Positions 12,261 to 25,380 of a stretch of DNA of 64,000 nucleotides are shown in pieces. How positions within the stretch are numbered: the first letter of the stretch is position 1; every line of letters begins with the position of its first letter. The position numbers and the translations under genes were made by a program. The notes below the pieces were generated by a model. The model was given only the letters and a program-made list of their open reading frames with translations. It was not told the DNA's origin and made no database searches. Source of the stretch: Octopus sinensis (lineage: Eukaryota); contig NC_043005.1 in NCBI RefSeq assembly GCF_006345805.1, positions 63,302,001-63,366,000 on the forward strand. Reading direction: 5' to 3'.

Positions 12261-13539
12261 CTAACCTACTATAATTGAATAAACATGAACAGTAAAAGTA
12301 TTTAAATCAGATTCACAAGGAAAATTAGTAAATTTCGTTGAAAAACTAGTAATTGTTGAGATAAATAGAAAGTTCTGTATTGTACAGCCAGAAAACCTGA
12401 AATCAAATCAATAATTTCTGATATTTTTAAAAAGTATCAGAAAATTTATTCTTTGCTTTAGAAAATTAAGTAAATTGTAAATGATGTTTCATCTGTCATA
12501 TTTTCCATCTCTCATAGTTTTTTGTGAATATTTAAATTATTTCAAACATTTTCTCTCATCTTTCACTCAATTATGCCACCACATTCTAATTGTAATAAGT
12601 GGTTGTGGAGATAATTACATTTTATATTGCCTTTGTGATATTTTTCTCCTTTTATTAAGTAAGCCTTTACTGGCTATGTTGATTAAGAAGAAAACTCTTA
12701 TGGTAAATGATTGGTATAAGAGGCAGCACTTCAAGACAATTTAGAAAAATGGAGAATGATGAAGTAATCAACATACAGTAACAAGACAACCGTTAAATTA
12801 GCCAATGAAAAATTATAAACAATCAATTTTATTGAAATGGGATATGATGATGTAACCAGCATGTAAAGGTAAGACAGTCTCTGAATTAGCCAAGGAAAAC
12901 TGATAAACAAATGTACAATTCTAGTAAAATAGGACAAGATTTAACAAAAACAGGAGACAATTATACAAGTGACAAGCCAAATATACCTTGACAGGTTAGA
13001 GTCTAACAATTAGATGACTCAATTGAGCTCTTTTTAAATCTAACAGAAATAATTGCTAGCTTTAATAATTTTACTGTATTTACCTTCATTATGTCCTAAA
13101 TAACAAGTCTGGAAGCCTATCAGGGGTGTCTGTTCCATTCTTGGATAGCAGGCACAAATTATTACCACTTGGCTCTTACTGATTAGTCTGTTGCAAGTAG
13201 TCATACCCGGTCTCTCATCTAAGGATAACTTTGCGCATACCTGTATGAATTATGGAAACCTTGAAAAGGAACTGATGCATTCTCCTTCTGATTCTGATAT
13301 TTGAAATGTAGAAAACATTTAGATGATAAAACATGGAAAAAAAAGGACAAAATAAAAACTACCTGAGGCTCCATTATTCGGATTATTTTTTAAATCCTTT
13401 TATTCTTAGTTTAGTTCTATTTTTCATTTACTCTGTCATTGCATGTACTTTTTATTGGCAAAACCACCCTTCAAAGACAGAAAAATAATTTTACATTACA
13501 GCCGTTTCTACTGATATTGTTGTTGTTCTTTTTATCATG

Positions 13540-13587
<48 letters not shown>

Positions 13588-15539
13588 GTCATTAGTAGAA
13601 TTATTCTCATATGTTTATTTTACCAGTTCCATTCAGTGGACTCACCATGCTGTGGCTTTAAAGGTTTAGTTGATCAAGCTGTACATATTTCATCTGGTAT
13701 TTATTTTATGAATCTCTGTACATCAGACACGAGCAGCACAGTGTTAACATAAATGTAGACACATACTTATGCATAGATACACCTACATACATGTACACAC
13801 ATGCACGCACACACACACACATACACACACAGGTACTTTCACATGAAAGACTTTGATACAGATTTTCTCCACCAAATTCTACTCACAAGATATTTGTTGA
13901 TTTGTGGCTGAAGAAGATACTTGACCAAAGTGTTATGTGGTGAGATTGAAATTGAGACTACATCGTTGTGGAGTGAATTTATTAACCATACACTTATGCC
14001 TTCATCTATTCATAATATGAAATGAAATTCTCTACATTTTGGGTTCAAGTCCAAAAGTAATTACCTTTGCCTTCTGTCTCCAAGGGTTGATCAAATAAGT
14101 TCTAGTCTTCTAGTGAATCATTCTAATTGGTAATGCTTATTCTTTATAAATATGTGACATTGTGTTAATATAAGAAACCATTGTTAACATTAACAAAGAC
14201 ACCATCGACATTCTTAGTTTCAAACATGACAGAAGACAAAGGGTTTTATCAACTAAGTAAAGCAAGTGATTTCTGTTACAAAGTAACTATGAATTCCAGA
14301 AAATTATTGGTTTAGCAAAATGGGATATGGTGGCATAATCAATATTCAAAGATAATGACCAAATTAGCCAATGAAAAGCAATAAATAAATTAATTATTGT
14401 AGGAAAATTAAATAAGATTTATCAAAACAGGAGACTATTATGCAGTCCCCAAACTGAGTTGTAACATTTTTGATTAAAATTATAAATGAGCAGGATATGA
14501 TTATGAAACTGACAAGTAGAGTCAATCAGAAAATTGATAACAGGACATGAATTAAAAGCAAATGACAAACTGATTGTGTTAGCAAGACAACCAATAAAAA
14601 CACAGCAACTAACAAATTGGTAAAATAAATTGATGACAATTATAAGCAATGGCTTCATAAAACAAAATTTGGAAATTGGGCAGTGAAAAATATAATTACA
14701 CAGAAAAAGGAACCCACTAAAAAGTATTTGAAACTTGTGCACAATTCTTAAAATCTTTACTTAATTCTCAGTGATAAAAAAAAAACTCAAGAAAAGAAAT
14801 CAGTTTAAACAATATACTTTACACCAAGTATTGAGTATTCTCTTTTTGTTTCATGGATAAACGATAACATACATACATATATACCTTCACTTACAAACAC
14901 ATACCCCATACTTACAGATTTATACAATTGTTATTAGTTTTTCTGATATGTTTTGCTGAAAGTTGAACAAAAAACAAAAACAGGACAGTAGGTGTGGTTA
15001 ATCTCTTTGATGTGAAACTCTAACACTCTACTGACTTTTCTTCTATATAATATTTGTTACTACATCAAAGAAACAATATTATTGTTTTTTAATATTTCTA
15101 GTGATATTTTTTCCATTTCTACTAGTATCCCATCACCACTTATAATTTTCAATCATATTGATATAAATATGTAACTTAGAAGCTCGTTTTGCAGCTATGT
15201 TTTTCTGCGTATGATCATACTCAGTGGCAGCACCAATATTTTGTATCAGTCTAGAAAAGGTCTGACCAGAAATTATGAAGGCAAGCTAAGTTTGTTTTTA
15301 CAATTAATAATATGAGAATTGTTTTTCAGATAAGTTAAATTCAGAGTTACATCCCAATGTAATTGCAATGTTGCAGCAAATAAATGAACCATGGTAACAT
15401 CTATTCAGTTATTATAATACGAACTAGACAGCAGCGATTTTTCTACTTAAGTGTTGTGCTGTGAAATGAAGGAGTTGAGATTCAGGTTTTGGTACATTTA
15501 TTCATAGCTATTGTGCTAAAAATATCCACTTTGTTATCT

Positions 15540-16780
15540 GTTGGATAACTTTATAGGTAATTATTGGTCACATGCAGTTTTAAAAGACTACATTCATAAA
15601 CTCTGCTACTTAGACATTGTCTTACAGTAATCTGAAGTAGTTGGAATAGTTCCAAGAAGGCGGCCTTGTAGAGAAGCAAAAAAACTCAAGTACATTGATC
15701 GGTGAGTTCAAAATGCTTAATTTTCATTTGATGAGACACGTTGCACTGTGGAAATTTAGTTTTACGTCGTTCAAGTTCCTTTGGTATGTCTCTGACATGC
15801 ACATGAGATCATTTATGTTGAGAACCTGATCCCATTTGGCAATAAGAAGGGAAAGAATTTACATGATATTACAGTTTTCTGTTGAAAACCGATGTCAAAG
15901 ATATCAGTGAATCCAATCTAAAATACAGGAATCCAGGCCTTAAAACAAAAATCAAGCAAATGTTCTCAACTGTTTGTTGAACAACTTTGAACAAACTTCA
16001 CTGATTATCAAGTTCTCCTAACGATGTGATAATTTGCCTCCCTGGTTTGGTTTTTCCAAGTGTTGTATAACTTGCCTATATACCAAATACCATCATTGTC
16101 CAGTTTCTTTTGCTCACTGCAACTGGAAGCCAGTTCACTTTCTGCATTCCTTACCAATAAAGGAAATTGCAGCATTTTTGCTAGATGTTTAATTCAAAGC
16201 AGAACTTGAAGAGAAAGAGGAGAACACAAAAGTTTGCAGGCAAAAATGATAGAAGCACCTTGCTATCAGTTTTCCTTGATGACTTGGTATTCTCTCTGAA
16301 ATGGAATAATTAATCCAAAAGAAATGGAGGCACAAAATGCATGCTGACAAATCCAATTAAAGAATCTTCTCATGCCCACCTTTTTTACTTGGAATACTCA
16401 TGTACAGTGAACTGAGCCATGAAATATAGTGTTAAATGCTTCAAAGACTTCAAGTGAGACAAAACTATGCAAACCTATGACTTAATGAATATCTGTTCAT
16501 GCGCTAATCTTATGTGTTACTTAATGCTATTGTTCAAAGCACAATGGTATTAGGCGAAATATAACCAGATGTCAACAACAATAGAATTCAATGTTGACAT
16601 TATGCACTGCAGAAGCAATTCAGTAGCAACCTCAGAAGTTGCTCAATATCCAATATTTTCTTCACAAATAACATCATTGTGAAAAACATGTGAAAGTTGG
16701 TCCGTTTTCTAAATATCCTTCAAGTACAATTAATATGAAAGAGACCGAGTTTCACACTTCTTAAGACATTTTTTCTTTGC
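15540..16780 (-). pseudogene. Decayed hAT transposase
   Basis: Pieces ILDW...HRFSTENCNIM and YKAAFLELFQLLQITV...SSR resemble the hAT C-terminal dimerisation region. Many stops and frameshifts. Confidence 0.6.
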
Positions 16781-16869
16781 TTGAAGAAAGGTGAGGGTTG
16801 GTGACAGGAGGGACATCAAGTCATAGAAAATCTGCCTCAATAAATATTACCTGTCCCATGCAAGGATGG

Positions 16870-17372
16870 AAAATGGACGTTCAGCCACACTGCTTGTATG
16901 GATTTCCATGATACTCTGTCATCATATAATTCTACTGTTCATTGTGTTTGGCAGGCCAGAGGGATTGCAGTTTATGTTGTCACAAATCTGTCTGATATAG
17001 ATCTTGGCCTGTCATCCTCTCCTAGCTCTTTCTTGTGTCAGTTCCCACAAAAGAACTTCATCAAAACTTTCCTCTTTTGCTCCCCAGCAGTGCCCTATGC
17101 ACCTGACTTTATGCTCTTTGATGATGTTTGATATAGGATGAAGGTTCCCATACAATCACTCATTAGTTCGACGATCTCTCCAGGTGACATTTAAAGCATA
17201 TGAGTGTAGGCTCCATTCAACCTTCTTTCCAGTTTCAAGGTAAGGATCTATGATGAGCAGCCATAAAATAGGATAAAGGTAAGAGTTGCTTGAAAGAGGT
17301 TCCTTTACATATCTTGGAATCTACATTTCCACACTAGAGATAACTTGAAGACACCCCAGGCTTTACCAACTG
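16870..17372 (-). pseudogene. Old RTE LINE, 3' (non-inverted) part
   Basis: Reads GKAWGVFKLSLVWK...ILFYGC...LERRLNGAYTHML...LLWELTQ...KIYIRQICD...MEIHTSSVA*. Confidence 0.75.
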
Positions 17373-17373
17373 T

Positions 17374-17612
17374 GGAGGTGCGTGGCTTAGTGGTTAGGGA
17401 GTTGGATTCATGATCGTGAGATTGTGGTTTCAATTCCTGGCCTGGGCAATGCATTGTGTTCTTGAGCAAAATTCTTCACTTCACTTTGCTCCTAGCAAAA
17501 ATGAGTAATCCTGCAATGGACTGGTGTCCCATCCAAGTGCAGAATTTATATGCCATGGAACCTGAGAAACTGGCCCTTATGAGCTAGCATGATTCAAGAA
17601 GGTAACTTTACT
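17374..17612 (+). mobile_element. tRNA-derived SINE (family B)
   Basis: A-box tggcttagtgg, B-box-like ggtttcaattcc, and central gatggactggtgtcccatcc. Same family as 43249-43507. Confidence 0.85.
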
Positions 17613-17614
17613 TC

Positions 17615-18125
17615 TTTGCTTTTTAGGTTTTCCTAATGAGTGACTTTACTGCTTTCGCAGCTAGAGATTTATGATGCTCTACAAAAACACATATTCAATA
17701 TTTCAATCTTGAGATAGCAATATAGATTTCCTTGAAATTGTTACAGGATCGCTACAAGATAATACTATCTCTTCATCATCTGCTTGGATTACACTCTCAG
17801 AACTTCTTTCAATACCATTAAAGACAATGGATTCACACTACATCCACAAAGGAGCAATGGATATACTACCATAAAAAAAAAAACCGTTGTGAATTATGCT
17901 GTTGAGTTAAAGCTACTCTCCAATCTAATAAGCCAAGCAGAAACCCTTCTCCATAGTCTTGAACATTCAACCAAAATATCGGTCTCCGTGGTAACTCACA
18001 CAAAACTGTATACATAAACTTAATTCAAAACGGAGCAACCAAAACACTATCTAGCACACTTCTCAGCTGAGTAGAAGAATTTACTTACATAAGTAGTTAA
18101 ACATCTGCCTGCAAAATTGAAAGTT
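17615..18125 (+). pseudogene. Old RTE LINE, RT core part, inverted relative to 16870-17372
   Basis: Reads MMLYKNT...EIVTGSLQDNT...DYTLRTS...GFTL...NYAVELKLLSN..SQAETLLHSLE...EEFTYISS (degenerate YADD region). Confidence 0.75.
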
Positions 18126-18757
18126 AAAAATGATGATCATGATGTATGTATGCATGCATGCATGCATGTATGTATCTATCAATCCATATATCTACATCTA
18201 TCTCTATATATCTCTACTTCTTTACAAACTTCTCTATTGTAATATTCAGATGTGTTTACACCATTCAAAATACTGCACATTTGTGATTAAATTAATATGG
18301 TGTGGTGGTACTGAGTGCGGTGGTACTATATAACATTAGTAAATGGTCTGTGACTAGTATTGAATTTTGAAAGTTCTACATCTCTGCGGCCTAGAAATAA
18401 ATTTAATTTAATGCTTATGTTAAAAGCTGGCTATAAATTAATATTCAGAGAATTTGCTACCTGATCAGAATAAACTAACTTTGTTTTCCTTTAAACTTTT
18501 CTATGTCACTCAATGAACATAATTAAGTGCTACATCTAGTAGGATCTAAAATGTCTTTCAGCAATATGAGTGAATAAAAATGAGCTTAATAACTAAGCTT
18601 ATATGAAAATATATCTAGTGAAGGAGAACTTCTTTGAGTAATTCTATCATGTTTCAAAAATTTTCCAATAAAGTCAAATAAAGATTTATGAAGCAGTCTG
18701 TTGATATATATAAATTATTACAAATAGTGAAGTGAATTATAGTTTTGCTTTACCTAG

Positions 18758-18878
18758 CTTAGAAGAAATGATTATGTATACAAGCACTCCTGTAGCCAAA
18801 AATATGCTTCAAGATGAAATTAACTTTTTAACTTCAATGTCTGAAATTGAATATAATCTTCAAAACATTTCTGTTTGA
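18758..18878 (+). CDS. Candidate terminal coding exon of an unidentified host gene
   Basis: Strong acceptor ttttgctttacctag, then 39 protein-like codons LEEMIMYTSTPVAKNMLQDEINFLTSMSEIEYNLQNISV and a stop. No homology recognised. Confidence 0.3.
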
Positions 18879-18958
18879 TGTATGATTTACTATCGATCAG
18901 AACTTTATTAACACAAGAACTGCATTGCTGCAAAAGACTCACGTACAAAATTTTATTT

Positions 18959-19232
18959 ATTATGGATAAATTCTTGCACTTAGCAAACCAAAAGAAGTTA
19001 AGTTCATAAGAACTACCTTAGACATCTTAGTCTTATTCTCCTATCATAAAACTATTCACATTTATGATACTTTACTGGAATATTAACTTGACCCACAGGA
19101 CTTGACTGGTACTTTATTTCATAAATTCTGAAAACCTAAAAAGCAAGTAAATTTCAGCAGGAATTTGAAACCAGAATAGAGACGTCCAAAACCAGAAACT
19201 CTAGAGAATTTTGTCCAACACTCCAATAATTC
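18959..19232 (+). repeat. Local direct duplication, copy 1 (copy 2 at 21690-21954)
   Basis: Near-identical ~270 bp, including unique-looking DNA and an old SINE remnant with shared mutations. Confidence 0.9.
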
Positions 19233-19305
19233 TGCCAATCCACTGCTTCAAATTAGCACAGGAATACCATATAAAATATACTTTACATGAAGGTTTATTT
19301 ATTAA

Positions 19306-20524
19306 TACAAGTGTCAGCTGAAAAGTTCATAGGCTCACCAAGATATCCTCATGACCTGTGACCCATACTCTTCTTCTGTTGGTGTTGTAGTGATTAAATC
19401 CCATTGGTGAAGAAGCTTTCATCTTGTTGGTCAAAAGAGTCATCAACAGCAGATATGACAATATCACTGGGATATTGGTTACCATCTAAATGCTTTTTCA
19501 TGCTAGAGAGCAGATGATAATCAGATTGGACCAAATAAGGAGAATAGGAAGTGTGATCAACCAGTTTAAAGCCACAATCATGCACAACAGCCATTGAAAC
19601 AATGGACTTGTGTGCTTGAGCATTGAACTAATGAAACAAGACCCCTTTCATCAGTTTTCCTGGGTGTTTGGTCTTGATAGCCTTTTGTAACTTCTTCAGT
19701 AAGTAGACATGGTACTCTCCATTGATGGTGTCACCCTTCTGAAATAGTCAATAAACACAATACTTTTTGCATCCCAAAACGCTGAGGCCATTACCTTCCC
19801 TGCAGAGGAAACAAACTTGGCCTTCTTTTATAGATGAGGAGAAGTGCTTCCACAGCAAAGATTTGTCTCTGTTGCAAAGTGATGAAGCCAACATTCATTC
19901 TGGATACCCCTGAAACAGTGCCATATTTTCCTGTCATGTGATCAACCTGGTGTGCTTTTCATTAGGTACCTAAGAAGACACAGCACCCAACGAGCATAAA
20001 TCTTCATCATGCCAACTCATTGTGCAAAATATTCTCAACCCTATCATGGGATATGCTGATAGCATTGGCTGTTTGATTTATAGTCAATTGCCTGTCATCC
20101 ATAACCATGTGGTGAACATGATCAATGTTTTCCTCAGTTGTGGCAGTTGCAGGATGCTCAAACCTGGCATTAGTGTTAAGACACTTCCTTCCCCCCACCC
20201 CAATTTCAGCTGTTCTCTTTTACAGTTGATAAAGCTGGAGCATCATCCCTTAATGTAGCAACCATGTGAGCATGAGTGTCCTTGGGGGCTAAACCCTTTT
20301 CTACAGGTACTTAATAATACCACGATGCCAAATTTTGCCCATTTTCAAGAGAAGTCATGACAAGCTATTTCTGAAGTCTTCTTTGAAGAGTCAGATGTCA
20401 GTTTACTTGGAAGGAAACAATGCGGTTATCAATAAAAAGAGATAAGATTAATGTGTGCAAAATTTCACAGCTCTAGCACCATTCCTTTATAGTCAGTCTT
20501 TGTTCTTTGCAGCCCACCTTTGTA
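19306..20524 (-). mobile_element. Near full-length decayed mariner (DD34D-type) transposon
   Basis: TIR tacaagtgtcagctgaaaagttc at the left and a degenerate counterpart ending ctttgta at 20524. Protein pieces: KIWHRGIIKYL.KRV, ATTEENIDHVHHMVMDDRQLTI, and HTSYSPYLVQSDYHL (cf. HPPYSPDLAPSDYHL). Confidence 0.9.
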
Positions 20525-21689
20525 TTAGCAAATTACTGTACTTAGTAAAAGTAAAATGAACTAAATCTAGTCGGATTATCTCATTGCATTTGATGTATCT
20601 TTGTGGCTTTTGTTATGGTTAAATCATTCAATGGAAAATTTGTATTTTATGACTTATTCTATGTGGTATACTCATCCATTTTCAAACTGTTATAGCATTC
20701 AAGCTTCAAATGTGACTTTCTGTTTTTAAAGACCACAATATATGTGTAATCTCAGCAAGGATGGTTGCTATTTTTAGCAGGTCAAACAAGCATACAGACG
20801 CTCTTTCATTGGCTCGTTGGTGATGACTGGAGATGATAATTGTAGACAGCTAGATGACACACTCAAAATTATATTTTGCAATAATGGATTCTCAATACCA
20901 ATTTTTGTATTTTAGTATCATTTCAATTGGTTTTGAGTGATGTTAAAAGAAAGTGATAAAATATAAAAAGTTAAAAGCTACACAAACACTGAGGTAGAGA
21001 AATTATTTAAACAATGAAAATGGTAAAGTTCTTCATCAAAGTGCACTTTTAAAATATTTCTAATATTAAAAAATTATAATGGAAAAAAGCAAACAACCAT
21101 ATATTGATCTTGTGAAGAAAGATAAGTTCAATGAAAAAATGGAAAAAAAAAAATGAAGATTAATGGTGTAGAGAGAAGCAGGAGCTGGAGGAAGGGAGGA
21201 GACTGATGCAGAAAACAAATTTGATAAAATGTATGATATTCTTTTCTTGTGGTAATATGGGTGGAATGGTTTTTCACTTAGTAATATATGTTAGAACAGA
21301 CTTTTATAATTGAATATCTATCTAAACACTCAACTGTTAATTAAACTGAATCATTGTTATCATCATTTTACATCTGCTTTCTATGCTGGCATGGGTTAGG
21401 TGAGTAGTCACAATCTGATTTATTTCATTTTGGGAGCTGTTGGCTTCCATATATTGCTTCTCTTGTACATTATTTGACTAGGATGCATTTTGTTGTAGCA
21501 CCAATACTAGAGAGGCTGAATTGCCCTTCCATAAAACATGACTAAAGGGATCTCTCAACACTATACATTATCTGCTCAGTTGCTAACCACATGGGCTGAA
21601 TGCATTTTCTTTAGCTCTAGCATTACTGAGGTATTTTGCTCACCAATCTCTCTAAGGGAGCATGAAAGGTGTGTATGTGTAGCGGGTGG

Positions 21690-21954
21690 ATTATGGATAA
21701 ATTCTTGCACTTAGCAAAACAAAAGAAGCTAAGTTCATAAGAACTATCTTAGTCTTATTCTCCTATCATAAAACTATTCACATTTATGATACTTTACTGG
21801 AATATTAACTTGACCCACGGGACTTAACTGGTACTTTATTTCATAAATTCTGAAAACCTAAAAGGCAAGTAAATTTCAGCAGGAATTTGAAACCAGAATA
21901 GAGACGTCCAAAACCAGAAACTCTAGAGAATTTTGTCCAACACTCCAATAATTC
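21690..21954 (+). repeat. Local direct duplication, copy 2 of 18959-19232
   Basis: Direct sequence match. Confidence 0.9.
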
Positions 21955-22919
21955 CGTCATGACACCAGCAGAGGAGAGAGTGTTTTGTAAAGCTTATTAA
22001 GATTATCTCAACACATATTCTATAGAAATTTACACAGCACTGACTTTTGCTACAACATTTTGGATATTAAATGTCATAACAAAAATCAGTGCTGGCTATA
22101 GTTATAATTTCTATACCTATATCTGTTCACCGGCAAAGGAATGTAATGGAGAAAAGAGAGGTGTGCGTGAAAGAGGGAGAGAGAATGAAGGAGAGGAAGA
22201 GAGGGGGCACTAAAAGACTAGTATGGATGGGTGAAAGAATCAAGAAAAGTTGATAAAAAGCAAGGTTGTTTGGGGTAGTGTTTTGTAGGGAGTGATTAGC
22301 AATTGTGGAGCAGGAAAAAGGTGAGTGTAGGTGATGAGTGTCAATAAAAGTGACCCAAAAGAGAGAGAAAGAGTGAGCGAAAGAGAGATAGATAGAGAGA
22401 GAGAGAGAGTGTGTGTGTGTGTGTATGTGTGTGTGTGTGAGTGTGTGACGGCTGGCAGTATAGAATAAAGAGGTTATTAGGTACAGACTGTTTGATGCAT
22501 TTTCATATATATGGTCAAGAGATGGGAAGATATAGTGGAGAGATGAGGATGTTCAGGGCTTAGTGAAGTGCACACGATCCAGATAGATGAGGATGATGCA
22601 GTCAGCATGGGTAGTGAGGTAGTGAGAGAAGGAGTGATGATAAGACAGGAGAAAGATGTGAGCAATACCCAAATAAAAGTTGGAAACAAAGATGCAGGAT
22701 GAGGGAAAGCAAATGTGAGATTTGTAGGGTACAAAATGTATGTGTGCTTGCATGTATGTATGTATGTATGTATGTATGTATTAACTTATATTAAACGTTT
22801 TTATAAGTCAATACCCTGTTCTACTGTGTTAGCAGTGCACTTTACATTACTTGTTAACGTTTTCTCTACAGATATCCTATAGAAATTATAATAATAAAAT
22901 AATAATAATGAAATTATTG

Positions 22920-22951
<32 letters not shown>

Positions 22952-23690
22952 TGATGTATGTATGTATGTGTGTATGTATGTATGTATGTATGTGTGCATG
23001 TGTGTGCATGCATGTTCTTGTGTCTTCCATTTTTTAATTATTATAAATCTTCCACTGATGAGGGAGCCGGTTTCCCACAAAAATACAAGGCTCCATCTTT
23101 GGGATGTAGCTAACACGGACAACTTCACATTTGAAAAGAGTAGTATAAAACATGGATTCAGAGAATTATGTGATTATCACAGTAAGCTCCGCATTCAGAA
23201 TCTGCTATCAGTCTGTAGTAATCAATTACAATGTAGCATAATTTAATGTGTCCATGTAATTGAAAAATCCAGATATCTGAATGATAACTTTTTCAATGAA
23301 GAATGAATAAACCATAAAATCAATAAATGTGAGAGAAGATAGATTTATTTATCCATATAACCTTCTTCTTGAATTAATTTCAGAATGCAAAAATTATACA
23401 TACATGTTTGCACTAAAATATATGCTTCGCGTTATGCAATACCATTGTATATACAAAATTAATGCAAACACATGAGATAAGCAGAGCTTCATGTTTCATC
23501 TCTGATTCATTTACACATGCATTTATACAATGCATGTATGTTGATATATTTTTAATGATGGAACTCATTGATAAAGGGTTTTGTACCCAATATATACATG
23601 CCATTACTTGTAACTTTATCTACAAGATCCACCGTTAAAAATGAATTATCACATGTCTCTCAAAGTTCCTAAATTGCTATGGAATAAACA

Positions 23691-23721
<31 letters not shown>

Positions 23722-23966
23722 TATACACACACATACAAGCATTTATATATGTGTATATGCATTTGCATGTGCGTGCACGCGTGTGTGTACTAGGAAACCA
23801 GTCCATTAGAAAATCTCCAGTACAAGAGTTATCTGCTGCTTGCAATAAATACTGGGTGCAAGAAGTGCACTGAGTAAACCAGCTGGAATATTGTCATCTC
23901 TTAATGGACAGCTACATTAAAGTGATCATAACCAATGTCTCTCTTTCTCTCTCTCTGTATATATAC

Positions 23967-24046
<80 letters not shown>

Positions 24047-24061
24047 ATATATATTTATATA

Positions 24062-24880
24062 TGGTCGTGTTGTGAGTTTAGCCAGTGAAAACACATGCAC
24101 TATATATTTGGTATTTACTTGTTTCAGCTTTATTTTATATTAATTGTATTTTGGTCAAAGTTCTTTCATCACACTTCTGTGACCTCATCAGTGGTTCTTT
24201 TGCTTCCTTCTTTCTTTTTCGCCTCTCCTTACTAACGATCTGCCATTTTGTATCTTTATTTGCGCATGTGTATATCCCTGTGTGTGTGTCTATGATTAGT
24301 AAGTGTGTGTCTATGTTTAGTAAATGTGTGTGTGTGGGAATGTGTATGGTACCTGCATTATCAGTATCGCCCGGTTATTCACGTTCTTTTAATTTACTTT
24401 TATTTATTTTATTCATTTGTTTTTATCTAATTATATTTTCATTCTTTCTTTTTTTTGCATTAATTTAATTTTATTTTGTTTATGTATATAATTATGTAAT
24501 TTCATTTATTTATCTGTGCATTGTATTAGTTTCATATTATTATTAGTTTATGGGTATTGTATTCTGTCATAGGTTGTGGTGTGTGTGGGGTGTGTCCTAG
24601 AGTTCCATTCTAGTTTTCTATTTAGGCTAGGTTTATCTTCTATTATGCTTTTCCTTAGTTTGTCTAAGCATTGCATCTGTTCTATGTGTGGACAAGATTT
24701 TAACTTCTATGTTATTGAGTGAGCCCCCATGTTCCCGCTCAGTGTGCTGGTATTGAACCAATGAACTCTTCTCTTCCATAAGTTCCCTCTAAGGCTGATT
24801 TACCTGCTCTCCTATGCTCTTTGGTGTCTTCCCTACGTATGTCGTCTTGTTTCATTTGCTAAACTGGCAACAAGACCATC
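24062..24880 (-). mobile_element. Penelope-like element relic: GIY-YIG C-terminus and 3' pLTR with a degenerate hammerhead
   Basis: About 24590-24880 reads TYVGKTPKSIGEQVN...SSLVQ.QHTEREHG...EVKILSTHRTDAMLRQ...EDKPSLNRKLEW. CTGATGA-stem-GAAA relic at 24156-24195. Abuts (TA)n. Confidence 0.65.
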
Positions 24881-25294
24881 CCCAAATACAACAATATCTG
24901 TTTCACCAAACGAATTCACATCAAAAATCTTGAAAAACGAATATATAAATGTAATGTGTGTATATATATATATATTTATATATGTATACTGATATTAATA
25001 ATAATAAAGAGCATGGAGACTATTTGTTATTATTATTAATATTAATATACACTCCAGACAATTTTTATTGTCCATTGTTGAGAACACAGGACTACCCATT
25101 GGAAGAATACATGGAGTGACTAACAACTAAATGTAGTCACAGACATTACATACTAATTGTTGTGGTTAGCAGTTAACCAGAACTTTACTGAGAGCTAATA
25201 CAGTAGCCGTTTGGATGATATATCCCTCCAAACTCATATATATATATATATATATATAAAAATGGAGTTAACGCAGGTGTAATCAAATATTTTT

Positions 25295-25380
25295 ACTTTC
25301 GACATATGTTTCGAAAATTCCACATATACTATTCAAAAGAATAAATGGTATAAACAATGCAATCTTCTCCTCAGGAAAGT
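25295..25380 (-). ncRNA. Minimal type I hammerhead ribozyme (intact core, long stem II) in a pLTR relic at 25259-25548
   Basis: Sense sequence ACUUUC CUGAGGA GAAGAUU..45-nt structured insert..AAUUUUC GAAAC AUAU GUC/GAAAGU. 6-bp stem I, 7-bp stem II base, and palindromic ACAUAUGU stem III. Confidence 0.85.

Noticed and set aside
17374-17450. tRNA-like sequences at SINE heads (also 33230-33286, 43440-43507, 63252-63340)
   Set aside because: They have A/B boxes but continue into SINE bodies with TSDs and show no complete cloverleaf.
23055-23076. CTGATGA followed by a GGGA/TCCC hairpin
   Set aside because: GAAA and the cleavage triplet are absent.
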